Source: an uncultured Gammaproteobacteria bacterium
Lineage (GTDB): Bacteria > Patescibacteriota > Patescibacteriia > XYB2-FULL-38-15
Reading direction: 5' to 3'
Length of the DNA: 64,000 nucleotides
Assembly: GCA_965231095.1 (NCBI GenBank)
Contig: OZ246416.1
Coordinates: 121,228 to 185,227, forward strand
The notes beneath the pieces are model-generated. The model saw nothing but the letters and a program-made list of their open reading frames with translations. It was not told the origin of the DNA and ran no database searches. The position numbers were made by a program, and so were the translations under genes. Positions 19,219 through 27,902 of the stretch are shown here, piece by piece. The stretch's first letter is position 1, and every line of letters begins with the position of its first letter.

Positions 19219-19377
19219 TTTTCACCCATGTTGTAGAATAGATAAATTACCAAAGACAGCAGGCGGTCGAGAAATTTGGCCTTAATTTCCTGCCGAGGTA
19301 AAACCGTGATTTTTTCGGTTTTTCTATCGTGTTCTGTGGTAATTCCACAGTTTTTTATTTATATAATTTAAAACAAT
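19219..19377 (+). promoter_or_regulatory. rplJ promoter plus L10-leader-type attenuator
   Basis: TTGACA-17-TAGAAT promoter (about 19220-19248), then a roughly 120-nt leader ending in the hairpin ctgtgg-taatt-ccacag followed by TTTTTT immediately upstream of rplJ. This is the expected position of the L10(L12)4 autoregulatory leader. Confidence 0.55.
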
Positions 19378-19905
19378 ATGCCTAAAACCAAAGAACAAAA
19401 GAAACAAACACTGGCGGAATTGGAAGATAATTTTACTAAAAGCAAAGCCGCGGTTTTCGTTAATTTTAAAGGTTTAAATGTTAAAGATACGACCGCGCTT
19501 CGTAACCTCCTGCGCAAAGAAAAAATTGAGTATGAGGTAGCGAAAAAGACGCTTCTGAAATTGGCGGTAGAGAAAACCGGCCAGGCGGGAGTTGATCCAA
19601 AAAGTTTTGACGGAAATGTCGCGGTGGCTTTCGGCTTTGAAGATGAGGTGACGCCGGCAAAAGTTTTAAACCAATTTCGAGCGACGCACGACGCGCTAAA
19701 AATTATTGGCGGAACGCTTGAGAAAAAATTTATTGACGCGGCCAAAGTAATGGAGCTCGCGCAGATTCCCGGCAGACAAGAACTTTTGGCGAAATTGGTT
19801 GGCAGCATTAATTCTCCTGTTTCCGGATTTGTAAACGTCTTGGCGGGAAATTTACGCGGCTTAGTGCAAGTTTTAAAAGCAGTGTCAGAAAAGAAAACAG
19901 CTTAA
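19378..19905 (+). CDS. rplJ: 50S ribosomal protein L10
   Basis: 175 aa; typical L10 N-terminus (KEQKKQTLAELEDNF…AAVFVNFKGLNVKDTTALR). Confidence 0.92.
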   Translation: MPKTKEQKKQTLAELEDNFTKSKAAVFVNFKGLNVKDTTALRNLLRKEKIEYEVAKKTLLKLAVEKTGQAGVDPKSFDGNVAVAFGFEDEVTPAKVLNQFRATHDALKIIGGTLEKKFIDAAKVMELAQIPGRQELLAKLVGSINSPVSGFVNVLAGNLRGLVQVLKAVSEKKTA

Positions 19906-19938
19906 AAATAATTTAATTATTAATAATTAAAAAATCAT

Positions 19939-20346
19939 ATGGCAGACGAAAAAAAAGAAGTGCAAGTGCCGGAAAAATTCAAGGCGCTTGTCGAGCAGAT
20001 TGAGAAGTTATCAGTTTTGGATTTAGCCGAACTGGTAAAAGTTTTGGAAGAAAAGTTTGGCGTTTCCGCCGCCGCCCCGGTAATGGCCGTGGCCGCGGGA
20101 GCCGTGGCTGCGGGAGCCGCTCCGGCTGAAGAGCAGACCACTTTTAATGTGGAATTAACCGATTCCGGCGCCAATAAAATCGGCGTGATTAAAGTGGTTC
20201 GCGAATTAACCCAGATGGGTTTGAAAGACGCAAAAGACTTGGTCGACGGCGCGCCGAAAGTCGTGAAGGAAGGCGTTGGAAAAGCCGAAGCGGAAGAAAT
20301 GAAAAAGAAATTGGAAGCCGCCGGCGCCAAAGCTACATTGAAATAA
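19939..20346 (+). CDS. rplL: 50S ribosomal protein L7/L12
   Basis: N-terminal dimerisation helix, Ala-rich hinge, and C-terminal domain [31 protein letters not shown]. Confidence 0.95.
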   Translation: MADEKKEVQVPEKFKALVEQIEKLSVLDLAELVKVLEEKFGVSAAAPVMAVAAGAVAAGAAPAEEQTTFNVELTDSGANKIGVIKVVRELTQMGLKDAKDLVDGAPKVVKEGVGKAEAEEMKKKLEAAGAKATLK

Positions 20347-20365
20347 CACAAAACACCACAAATAA

Positions 20366-20402
20366 AAAACGAAGTACCCAAATTGGCGGTACTTCGTTTT
20401 TT
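20366..20402. terminator. Bidirectional rho-independent terminator after rplL
   Basis: aaaacgaagtacc-caaattg-gcggtacttcgtttttttt. Confidence 0.75.
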
Positions 20403-20414
20403 TATCCGCGGCTA

Positions 20415-22739
20415 TTAGTGTTTTATCTCAATCTCGTAAATAAAATCCCCGGAAAGCAGATAAATTTTCTTTTCTTTTTCCGCTACGGAAAAATCTTTTA
20501 GATCATTAAATTTTTCGGAGAAATATTGAGTAATTATTTTTCCATTTTTGTCTAAAACAACGAGCCGCTTGGCGGACGGTTCAAGAACATAGAGAAAAGA
20601 AGATTCGGCCGAAGTCCAGATTTTTATCTCTGAGCTCGGTGCGGGATCGACTTCAACGTTAAAATCAAGTTGTTGCCCGGCGGAAAATTTTAGAATTTTT
20701 CCATCGGACATTCCAAGATAAATCGCGCCGTCAATGGCCAAGCTTTTGGCCTTTTCCAAATCAACTGTTAGGCGAAGCCAATTTACACCCGGGCCAAAAC
20801 CCGTCGGAGTTTGGGCGTGTCTGAAAATCTGGTCGGCCCCCACGTCCAAAACATAAAGTTTTTGGTTGTAAACCGCGAAGTCGGAAATTTCCGTTTCGTT
20901 GCCGTCCGTTACGACATTGATTTCGCCCAAAACATCGTTTTCCAAATTAAGTTTGAAGAATTTTTTCTCCGACCCATAAAGGAAAACAGTATCTAAATCT
21001 TCCAGAGAAATAATTTGGAAGTTCAGGTTGGAAACGCTTTGGTCAACTACGCCGCTGCCATCTAAATTTATTTTGTAAATAACGGAAGTGTTGCGGTCAA
21101 AAGCATAGATGCTGTTATTGGCAACAATAAATTTATCTACCACGGCGCCCGGATTGTATCCGGGGAAGTTCGCCGCCGCGACGGGATTTTCAATTCTCAC
21201 GGCGTGTCTTAATTTTTCCCGCAGAGTTTCAATTTCCGCGGAAATATTTTGATACGCGGTCTTTTCATTTTTCTTTTGTTGAGGAAAAGCGGCCAGGAGC
21301 GCGTCAATTTCGGCAAGAGTTTCCCTCGCGCTATTCTCGTCATTGTAAATCAAGCTGGCTTCGGCCACGCTTTTTTTGTCTTGAATAGCCGTAACTTTTT
21401 CTTGGATTGTTTTTGTCGCGACGTCGCTTTGATGTTTAAGGTAAAGAAAGCCGGTACTGCCGATAAAAAGAACAACAAAAATTACGGCGAAAACGAGCAG
21501 AGTCCTTGAAAGCTTTGGAAGTTTTTCCGTTTTTGGTAAAATTGCCGCCAAGCTTTTTTTAAAATTTTCCGCCGCGCCCGTGACGGCGGTTTTTCTCTGG
21601 CCGCGCCAATTTGTGATTAAATAGAAAAGAATTTTAAGGAGATTAAAAAGAAAGGAAAAAAATATTCTGATGAGAAAATAGGGGATGCGGAGAACGGCGA
21701 TAAAAAATAGAGAAGCCGATCTTAAAAATTTGCTGACCTTTGTCGGGGGATGAAATTGAGAGGAATAATATTCAAGGCGGGCATTGGACTTTATTTCATT
21801 TTTTCTGAAAATATTTGAGAGGCCGCCGAGAAATGAGAAAAGTCCGCTGCCGAAATTTATTCCAAGCGACGGGGTTAACATTTTTTCCGTGTCAGAGGCA
21901 GTTTTAAGTAAGCCGTCCATTGAATTTTGAGGGGAGGGAGAATCGTCGTGAGCCGGGGCGATCGGGGCCTGGGCGGGCGCGGCTTTTATTACCGGAATTT
22001 CCGAGCGCCGTTTTATAATCATAAAAACAAAAGACGTTCCGGGGTTGGCCGTTTCCCCGAGCAAATTTTCCAGGACATCTTTCGCTTCTTCCGGATTTGT
22101 CGCGGAAACTGTTTTACATATTTTTTCCAGAGAAAAATAATCTAAAATGCTTTCAGTCGTAAAAAATAAATAATCATTCGCGCCGATTTTCCCGCTGACG
22201 ATATTTGTAAAAAGGCTAAGTTTGCTTGCTCTCGCTTCTTTGCCCGTGGCGGTTTCCGTGATATTCATTATTCTGAAATTTCCCGGCTTTGTTTCATAAA
22301 TTAAAAAGGGCAGCATTTTTCCTCGTCCCGCGAGATGAAGATTTTTTTCGTCCAAAAAGGCGATGGTGGCGTTTATTTTCGGCAGACCGTCCGCCTCTTC
22401 GGCCGGGATCGCCGAAGATTTACTGCCAACAATTTCCAAATAGCGATAATTTGTTTTTTGAATAAAATTTTCAAAAATTTCTTCAAGCGTTTTTTGCCCC
22501 GGCTTTCCAAAGCTTGCTGCGGCGGCCTCTTTTATTTCATGGATTAAGGTGTCCAAAAAAGATAGGGATTTTTTATTGGCGGCGGTTTCAATTTGTATCA
22601 GGCCGAAGATTTGGTTTGCGGCATGCCGCGGGGCGCCTTCAGTTTCTTCTTTGCTGGGCAAATCAAAAACAAAAGACCGGGAAGCTGATTTTCCCACCGC
22701 AGAATCGGTTATTAATTGGCTATAATCAATTCTGGACAT
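20415..22739 (-). CDS. Large multi-domain membrane protein
   Basis: 774 aa: soluble N-terminal domain with a weak PP2C/SpoIIE-like pattern (no DGxGG, so uncertain), a cluster of TM helices in the middle, a coiled coil, then repeated hydrophobic/Gly/Asp strands resembling beta-propeller blades. Confidence 0.5.
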   Translation of the reverse strand: MSRIDYSQLITDSAVGKSASRSFVFDLPSKEETEGAPRHAANQIFGLIQIETAANKKSLSFLDTLIHEIKEAAAASFGKPGQKTLEEIFENFIQKTNYRYLEIVGSKSSAIPAEEADGLPKINATIAFLDEKNLHLAGRGKMLPFLIYETKPGNFRIMNITETATGKEARASKLSLFTNIVSGKIGANDYLFFTTESILDYFSLEKICKTVSATNPEEAKDVLENLLGETANPGTSFVFMIIKRRSEIPVIKAAPAQAPIAPAHDDSPSPQNSMDGLLKTASDTEKMLTPSLGINFGSGLFSFLGGLSNIFRKNEIKSNARLEYYSSQFHPPTKVSKFLRSASLFFIAVLRIPYFLIRIFFSFLFNLLKILFYLITNWRGQRKTAVTGAAENFKKSLAAILPKTEKLPKLSRTLLVFAVIFVVLFIGSTGFLYLKHQSDVATKTIQEKVTAIQDKKSVAEASLIYNDENSARETLAEIDALLAAFPQQKKNEKTAYQNISAEIETLREKLRHAVRIENPVAAANFPGYNPGAVVDKFIVANNSIYAFDRNTSVIYKINLDGSGVVDQSVSNLNFQIISLEDLDTVFLYGSEKKFFKLNLENDVLGEINVVTDGNETEISDFAVYNQKLYVLDVGADQIFRHAQTPTGFGPGVNWLRLTVDLEKAKSLAIDGAIYLGMSDGKILKFSAGQQLDFNVEVDPAPSSEIKIWTSAESSFLYVLEPSAKRLVVLDKNGKIITQYFSEKFNDLKDFSVAEKEKKIYLLSGDFIYEIEIKH

Positions 22740-22841
22740 TTGCTTTTCTCTATACTTATATTATAATAAAGAGTGTTCGGTATGTATTAAATTATAGAGT
22801 ATTTTTAGATTAAAGTAAACCCGTCCGCCAATGCTTGGTGG

Positions 22842-23552
22842 GTGGGTCAAAGACCAATGAAGGCAAAAAAGAAAGTAAAAAAACAACCGCCGAAAAATCG
22901 TGCTTGGGGACTTGAACAACTATTTGGTTCAAAGACCAGAGTTAAATTATTGAAATTATTTTTGAATAGCCCGGAAAAGACGTTTTTTGTGAGAGAAATC
23001 GCGAGGGCGCTTAATTCTCAAATCAATTCAGTCCGCCGCGAACTTTTAAATTTGAAAGAGTTGGGGATAATTTTAGAAGTGGAAGCGCCAAAAGAAAGTT
23101 ATCTTATCCCCGAGGTTGATAAGCAAAAGAAGTTTTCCGGAAAATTCAAGAAAATAAAAAATAAAGATGTTATAAAAAAGTTTTTTCAGGCTGATAGCGG
23201 TTTTGTTTTATTTCCGGAGCTTAAAGCCTTGCTCCTCAAAGCGGATTTTTTGTTGGAGAAAAATTTTGTGAACGCGATTCGCCGGGCCGGGAGCGTGGAT
23301 TATTTGGCCTTGACCGGACAATTTGTCGGGACGCCGGGAATTTCCGTGGATTTGCTTTTGGTGGGCCGTTTCAATCGGCGAAAGGTGGCGCGCTTGATAA
23401 AAGTTTTTGAAAAAGATTTTGGCAGGGAAATAAATTACACGATGATGAGCCGCCAGGAGTTTAAATACAGAAAAGATATTACCGATAAATTTTTATATAA
23501 TATTTTGGAAAATAAAAAAGTAGTAATGGTTAATGAGTTAGGAGTGAAATAA
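22842..23552 (+). CDS. Winged-helix HTH plus minimal nucleotidyltransferase domain protein
   Basis: N-terminal KLLKLFLNSPEKTFFVREIARAL…SVRRELLNL (wHTH); C-terminal LALTGQFVGTPGISVDLLLVG, the hG[GS]x9-13DhD NTase signature. Confidence 0.55.
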   Translation: MGQRPMKAKKKVKKQPPKNRAWGLEQLFGSKTRVKLLKLFLNSPEKTFFVREIARALNSQINSVRRELLNLKELGIILEVEAPKESYLIPEVDKQKKFSGKFKKIKNKDVIKKFFQADSGFVLFPELKALLLKADFLLEKNFVNAIRRAGSVDYLALTGQFVGTPGISVDLLLVGRFNRRKVARLIKVFEKDFGREINYTMMSRQEFKYRKDITDKFLYNILENKKVVMVNELGVK

Positions 23553-23575
23553 TTTTTTAGGAGGAACGTTTTGTT

Positions 23576-24994
23576 ATGAATATGATCCGCATAATAAAAA
23601 ATTTATTTTTTGTGGCAGCCGCGGGATTTTTGTTGGTTCTGCCGGTTAATTTTGTCCACGCCGCCGGTTTAGTTTCGGAAGTAAAGATTTTTAACGCGGC
23701 AAGTTTTGTCCCGGAGAAGGGATTTTTTATTTCTTTTTCAAAAATGGATGAAGCGCCGACCATGGCGATGATTGATCTTGGGGGAGACGAAATAAATGAA
23801 ATTGTGCTTGGAGCGCCGCGCGGGAAAAAACCGGAAGTGAAAATTTATCGGGAAGATGGGTCTTTGGTAAATTCTTTTTTGGCCTACGATGAAAAATTTT
23901 TGGGAGGAGTCGCGGTCGGGGCCGGGGATTTTGACGGAGATGGAAAAGGTGAAATCATAACCGCGCCGGCCGAAGGGGCGGCGGCGGAGATAAAAATTTT
24001 TGACGGTTATGGCCAGATGGAAAGTTCTTTGGGGTTTTTTGCCTTTGATAAATTGGAGTTTGGAGCAAATCTTGGCGCGGGAGATGTAAATAATGATGGC
24101 CGGGACGAAATAATTGTCGGCAGCGGACCGGGACAAGAGCCGGAAATAAAAGTTTTTAATAGTTTGGGCGTCGCTTTATTTAAAATTAATCCGGAAGGAA
24201 TAAATAAGTGGAGCGGGGTGCGGGTTGCCTCAGGCGAGCTGCTCGCAGAGCTCGCGGGCGAAGAAATTATTGCCGCTCCGGGATGGGGAAGCGCTCCGGA
24301 AGTTCAGATTTTTGGGGCGGATGGAAGATTTATCAAAAAGTTTTTAGGGTATGATAAAAGTTTTCGCGGCGGCGTGAATGTGTCTCTGGGAAATATTGAC
24401 GATGACGAACAAGAGGAAATAGTTTTGGGCGCCGGATTTACCGGCGGGCCGCATGTCCGCATCTTTTCCGGAGAAGGAAATCTGAAAGATCAGTTTTTTT
24501 CTTTTGACCAAGGGTCGCGAAGCGGGACGCTGGTTGGAGTAGGGAAGTTTATTGGTGGAGAAAATAAAATTGTGGCCATGCCCAATAAAACCGCGCCGGG
24601 CGGCCGGACTGATTTGTATAAATATATTGACATTGATATCAGCGAGCAAAAGATGAGAATTTTTGAAAATGGTTTTAGTCTTGGGGAATATTTGGTTTCC
24701 ACCGGCACGACAAAAATGCCGACCCCGATTGGAACTTTTAAAATTTTATCCAAATCAGAATTAGCCTATTCTAACGCCTATTCTCTCTACATGCCGAACT
24801 TTATGTTGTTTACGAAAAGCGGCGCGGGAATTCATGGTCTGCCTTTTTGGAAAAATGGCAGCAAAGTTGTTTATGAAGGCGTGAACCATTTGGGAAAACG
24901 AGTTTCGCACGGCTGCGTGCGCTTGGCACTTGATAACGCAATAATGATTTTCGCTTGGGCGGACAAAGGCATGCCCGTCGTTGTCCACCAGTAA
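23576..24994 (+). CDS. Secreted FG-GAP/VCBS-repeat protein with C-terminal L,D-transpeptidase (YkuD) domain
   Basis: Signal peptide; repeated GDFDGDGKGEII / GDVNNDGRDEIIVG motifs; C-terminal …HGLPFW…GKRVSHGCVRL catalytic motif of L,D-transpeptidases. Confidence 0.75.
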   Translation: MNMIRIIKNLFFVAAAGFLLVLPVNFVHAAGLVSEVKIFNAASFVPEKGFFISFSKMDEAPTMAMIDLGGDEINEIVLGAPRGKKPEVKIYREDGSLVNSFLAYDEKFLGGVAVGAGDFDGDGKGEIITAPAEGAAAEIKIFDGYGQMESSLGFFAFDKLEFGANLGAGDVNNDGRDEIIVGSGPGQEPEIKVFNSLGVALFKINPEGINKWSGVRVASGELLAELAGEEIIAAPGWGSAPEVQIFGADGRFIKKFLGYDKSFRGGVNVSLGNIDDDEQEEIVLGAGFTGGPHVRIFSGEGNLKDQFFSFDQGSRSGTLVGVGKFIGGENKIVAMPNKTAPGGRTDLYKYIDIDISEQKMRIFENGFSLGEYLVSTGTTKMPTPIGTFKILSKSELAYSNAYSLYMPNFMLFTKSGAGIHGLPFWKNGSKVVYEGVNHLGKRVSHGCVRLALDNAIMIFAWADKGMPVVVHQ

Positions 24995-25020
24995 AAGGTG
25001 ACAGATAGCGTTGTGCATTA

Positions 25021-25449
25021 ATGAAATCAAAAAATAAAAAAATAATTTTGGCAATAAATACGGCGGCCGAGGAAGAGTCGGCGGTTTTTTTGTTTGATGG
25101 AGAAAAAAATATAAAAGAAAAAATTGGCAGCCAAAAAGACAAGTTATTATTTTCGGTTGATAAAATTTTGCGGAAAAGAAAAATAGCCGCGAAAAATATA
25201 GGGGGGATCGCGGTTGTCTCCGGGCCGGGAGCTTTTACTGCCGTCCGCCAGGGAGTGGTTTTGGCCAATGCTTTTGGATATTTACTCAATGTGCCAATCG
25301 TGGGCGTAAAAGCGGAAGAGTTTAAAAGTGAAAATGAATTTTTAAAAATAGGTTACGAAAAAATGACAAAAACCAAAAAGGGAAAAATAATTTTGCCGGC
25401 TTACGGCAGGGAGCCGAACATTACAAAACCTAAGAAATGGAAATTATAG
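25021..25449 (+). CDS. tsaB: Short TsaB/YeaZ-like protein (Kae1 paralog N-terminal domain)
   Basis: ILAINTA… and IGGIAVVSGPGAFTAVRQGVVLANAFGYLLNVPIVGV match the TsaB N-lobe; 142 aa, truncated relative to the 230-aa E. coli protein. Confidence 0.6.
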   Translation: MKSKNKKIILAINTAAEEESAVFLFDGEKNIKEKIGSQKDKLLFSVDKILRKRKIAAKNIGGIAVVSGPGAFTAVRQGVVLANAFGYLLNVPIVGVKAEEFKSENEFLKIGYEKMTKTKKGKIILPAYGREPNITKPKKWKL

Positions 25450-25488
25450 GTTAGCGCCAAGATATCCACAAGCTTAAGTTAAAATATA

Positions 25489-25521
25489 GAAATCCACTTA
25501 TGCACAGCAGTGGATTTTTTG
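25489..25521 (+). terminator. Rho-independent terminator after tsaB-like gene
   Basis: aaatccac-ttatgcacagca-gtggattt plus TTTT. Confidence 0.6.
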
Positions 25522-25570
25522 TTTTATTTAAAAGGAAATAAATTCGTTGACAGAGTGGTTGACAAGTTTG

Positions 25571-25660
25571 GAAAAGTGGTGTAAAATGGATGTATAAGAT
25601 ATAAAAGTGGATAAAAGTGGGGATAGACATGGTTCTTTGTGGATAACTCGAAGTTAATCT
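25571..25660 (+). promoter_or_regulatory. 10-bp-periodic AAAAGTGG direct repeats (MraZ-operator-like) with DnaA-box-like TTATCCACA matches, upstream of mraZ
   Basis: Repeats gaaaagtggt / gtaaaatgga / ataaaagtgg / ataaaagtgg at 10-nt spacing about 200 nt upstream of mraZ. Overlapping sequences on the minus strand read TTATCCACA (perfect, about 25640-25650) and TTTATCCAC. Confidence 0.4.
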
Positions 25661-25830
25661 GGACCAAAGGATTCTGAGGAAAACTTCAGAATTCCTTAAT
25701 CAAAAGTTCAGAGAGTAACTTCGAAGTTAATTGGCCAAGACATTTCTCGCCAATTCCGCGAAACCAAACAATCAGTACCCAAACCCCGACTTCCACTTTT
25801 GTTTCTTCTGCGAAATATTAAATCACTTCC

Positions 25831-26262
25831 ATGTTTATAGGAGAATACAACCATACAATAGACGAGAAGGGAAGACTGGCCGTGCCGGTTAAGTTTAGAA
25901 ATAAACTCGCGAAGGGCGCAGTTGTGACCCGAGGTTTGGACAACTGCCTTTTTTTATACACGGAAAGCGAATGGAAAATCTTGGCGGAAAAATTAGCCAA
26001 GCTTCCTATCAGCCGCGCCAACACTCGCGCGTTTTCCAGATTAATGCTCGCCGGAGCAATGGACGTTTCTTTAGACAAACAGGGAAGAGTCGTCTTGCCT
26101 GATTATCTAAGAAAATATGCCAGTCTCGGAAAAAATGCTATTGTTGCCGGACTTTACAACCGTTTGGAAATTTGGGACGAAGCGAAATGGAATACTTACA
26201 AGAGCGGCACGGAAAAATCGAGCGGCGATATTGCCGAGCAGTTGGGGGAGTTAGGGGTTTAA
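25831..26262 (+). CDS. mraZ: Transcriptional regulator MraZ
   Basis: MFIGEYNHTIDEKGRLAVP…; duplicated MraZ/AbrB-like halves; first gene of the dcw block. Confidence 0.92.
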   Translation: MFIGEYNHTIDEKGRLAVPVKFRNKLAKGAVVTRGLDNCLFLYTESEWKILAEKLAKLPISRANTRAFSRLMLAGAMDVSLDKQGRVVLPDYLRKYASLGKNAIVAGLYNRLEIWDEAKWNTYKSGTEKSSGDIAEQLGELGV

Positions 26263-26263
26263 T

Positions 26264-27214
26264 ATGGTAACAAATTCCGGGCACGTTCCAGTACTTTTAA
26301 ATGAAGTTATAAAATTTCTTGATCCAAAACCAAATCAGAATTTTGTTGATTGTACTTTGGGCGCCGGCGGCCACACGATAGAAATTTTAAAACGCACCGC
26401 GCCAAACGGAAAGATTCTGGGGATTGATCTGGACATGCGGGCGATTCTCATCGCCAAGCAAAAAGTTTTGAAAGCAGGGATTGAAAGTTCCAGGTTAGTC
26501 GCAACTCGGGGTAATTATAGAAATATAGGGGACATCGTTCTTCAAAATAATTTTAAAAATATTTCCGGTATCTTGATTGACCTTGGATTTTCCTCAATGG
26601 AAATTGAGGATCCGGAAAAAGGTTTTTCTTTCCAAATTGACGCGCCGCTTGATATGCGTTACGGGCAAGTCGGGGAGACAGCCGCGGATATTTTAAATCG
26701 AAGCAGGGAGCAAGAGCTGGTAAGAATTTTCAAAGAATACGGCGAGGAAAAGTTTTCCGGACGAATTGCCAGAAGAATTTGCGAAATCAGAAAAAATAAT
26801 CCAATAGACACGACTTTTAAACTGGTAAACGCGATCGCCGAAGTTGTTCCCAAAAAGTTTCAATTCGGCCGAGTCCATTTTGCCACCAAAGTTTTTCAAG
26901 CCTTGCGCATCGCGACAAATGACGAACTGGGAAATCTGGAAAAAGTTTTGCCGGAAGCCGTGGAGCTTTTGCCCCGTGGCGCGCGCCTCGCGATTATTTC
27001 ATTCCATTCTCTGGAAGACAGAATCGTTAAACAATATTTTAAAAAAGAATCAATTGACTGCGTTTGTCCAAAAAGTATACCGGTCTGCAACTGCGGCCAC
27101 AAAGCGATTTTAAAAATTTTAAATAAAAAACCAATAGTACCCAGTGAGGAGGAGGCAACCCAAAATCCGCGATCTCGGAGCGCGAAGCTTCGAGTCGCCG
27201 AGAAATTGAAGTAG
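26264..27214 (+). CDS. rsmH: 16S rRNA (cytosine1402-N4)-methyltransferase RsmH
   Basis: HVPVLLNEV…DCTLGAGGHT…SFHSLEDRIVK signature; 2 nt after mraZ. Confidence 0.92.
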   Translation: MVTNSGHVPVLLNEVIKFLDPKPNQNFVDCTLGAGGHTIEILKRTAPNGKILGIDLDMRAILIAKQKVLKAGIESSRLVATRGNYRNIGDIVLQNNFKNISGILIDLGFSSMEIEDPEKGFSFQIDAPLDMRYGQVGETAADILNRSREQELVRIFKEYGEEKFSGRIARRICEIRKNNPIDTTFKLVNAIAEVVPKKFQFGRVHFATKVFQALRIATNDELGNLEKVLPEAVELLPRGARLAIISFHSLEDRIVKQYFKKESIDCVCPKSIPVCNCGHKAILKILNKKPIVPSEEEATQNPRSRSAKLRVAEKLK

Positions 27215-27228
27215 CCGAAAAACAAATT

Positions 27229-27591
27229 ATGTCAAAATTCCTGGCATTGATTCAAAACAAAAATAAAAGGGAAAGACTTGAGGCCAAGCCGCGCGTTTGG
27301 TACAAATTTTTCTCAAATGTCAAAACCATAAACATCGCGCTTCTCGTTTTTATTTGTTTGTTTGGCGTGCTTTATCTCGCCGAAATAAACAGCATGGCGA
27401 TTAAGGGTTTTGCCATCAAAGATTTGGAAGACAAGCAATCCGCGCTTAAAGAAAATATCAGAAAAGTGGAATTTCAAGTCGCGGAAATGCAGTCCACGGC
27501 GAAAATTCAGGAAAGGATTAATAATTTGAGCATGGTTGGCGTGGCGAAAGTTGATTACGCGAAGACGAGCGGCACGGTCGCGGTCAAATGA
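27229..27591 (+). CDS. ftsL: Cell-division protein FtsL-like (single-pass membrane, coiled coil)
   Basis: 120 aa, one TM (INIALLVFICLFGVLYLA) then a coiled coil; conserved dcw-cluster position after rsmH. Confidence 0.55.
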   Translation: MSKFLALIQNKNKRERLEAKPRVWYKFFSNVKTINIALLVFICLFGVLYLAEINSMAIKGFAIKDLEDKQSALKENIRKVEFQVAEMQSTAKIQERINNLSMVGVAKVDYAKTSGTVAVK

Positions 27592-27902
27592 CGCGTGATG
27601 TTATTCCCTGAGCGAGCACAGCGAGTCGAAGGATTTCATTATTTATAAACAAATATTTCGTAGTTTTTTCGGAGGTGTAGCAAGAGTTTAACCCTCTGGC
27701 GAACTTTGATAAAAACTACGAGTTAACAGCTTCTTTTTACCTTTGTTTAAGGATCAAGAAGCTGTTTTTGTTTCGCAAAACGAAAAAGTGTCCACGAAGA
27801 CGAAAAAAATAGTTATTTTCTCTTAAATTAAAAACAAATTAGTAAAGGCTATGGAGCCCTTTATAGTTTATGATAGATGGGGTATGATTAATATGATTCA
27901 GA

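Noticed and set aside
19368-20381. Minus-strand ORFs antisense to rplJ (19368..19808) and rplL (19935..20381)
   Set aside because: Ribosomal protein genes are unambiguous on the + strand; the antisense ORFs are compositional artefacts.
25450-25830. Chromosomal origin of replication (oriC) upstream of mraZ
   Set aside because: DnaA-box-like 9-mers are present, but there is no dnaA or dnaN nearby and the same repeats fit an MraZ operator. Unresolved without a GC-skew analysis; reported as a finding rather than a feature.
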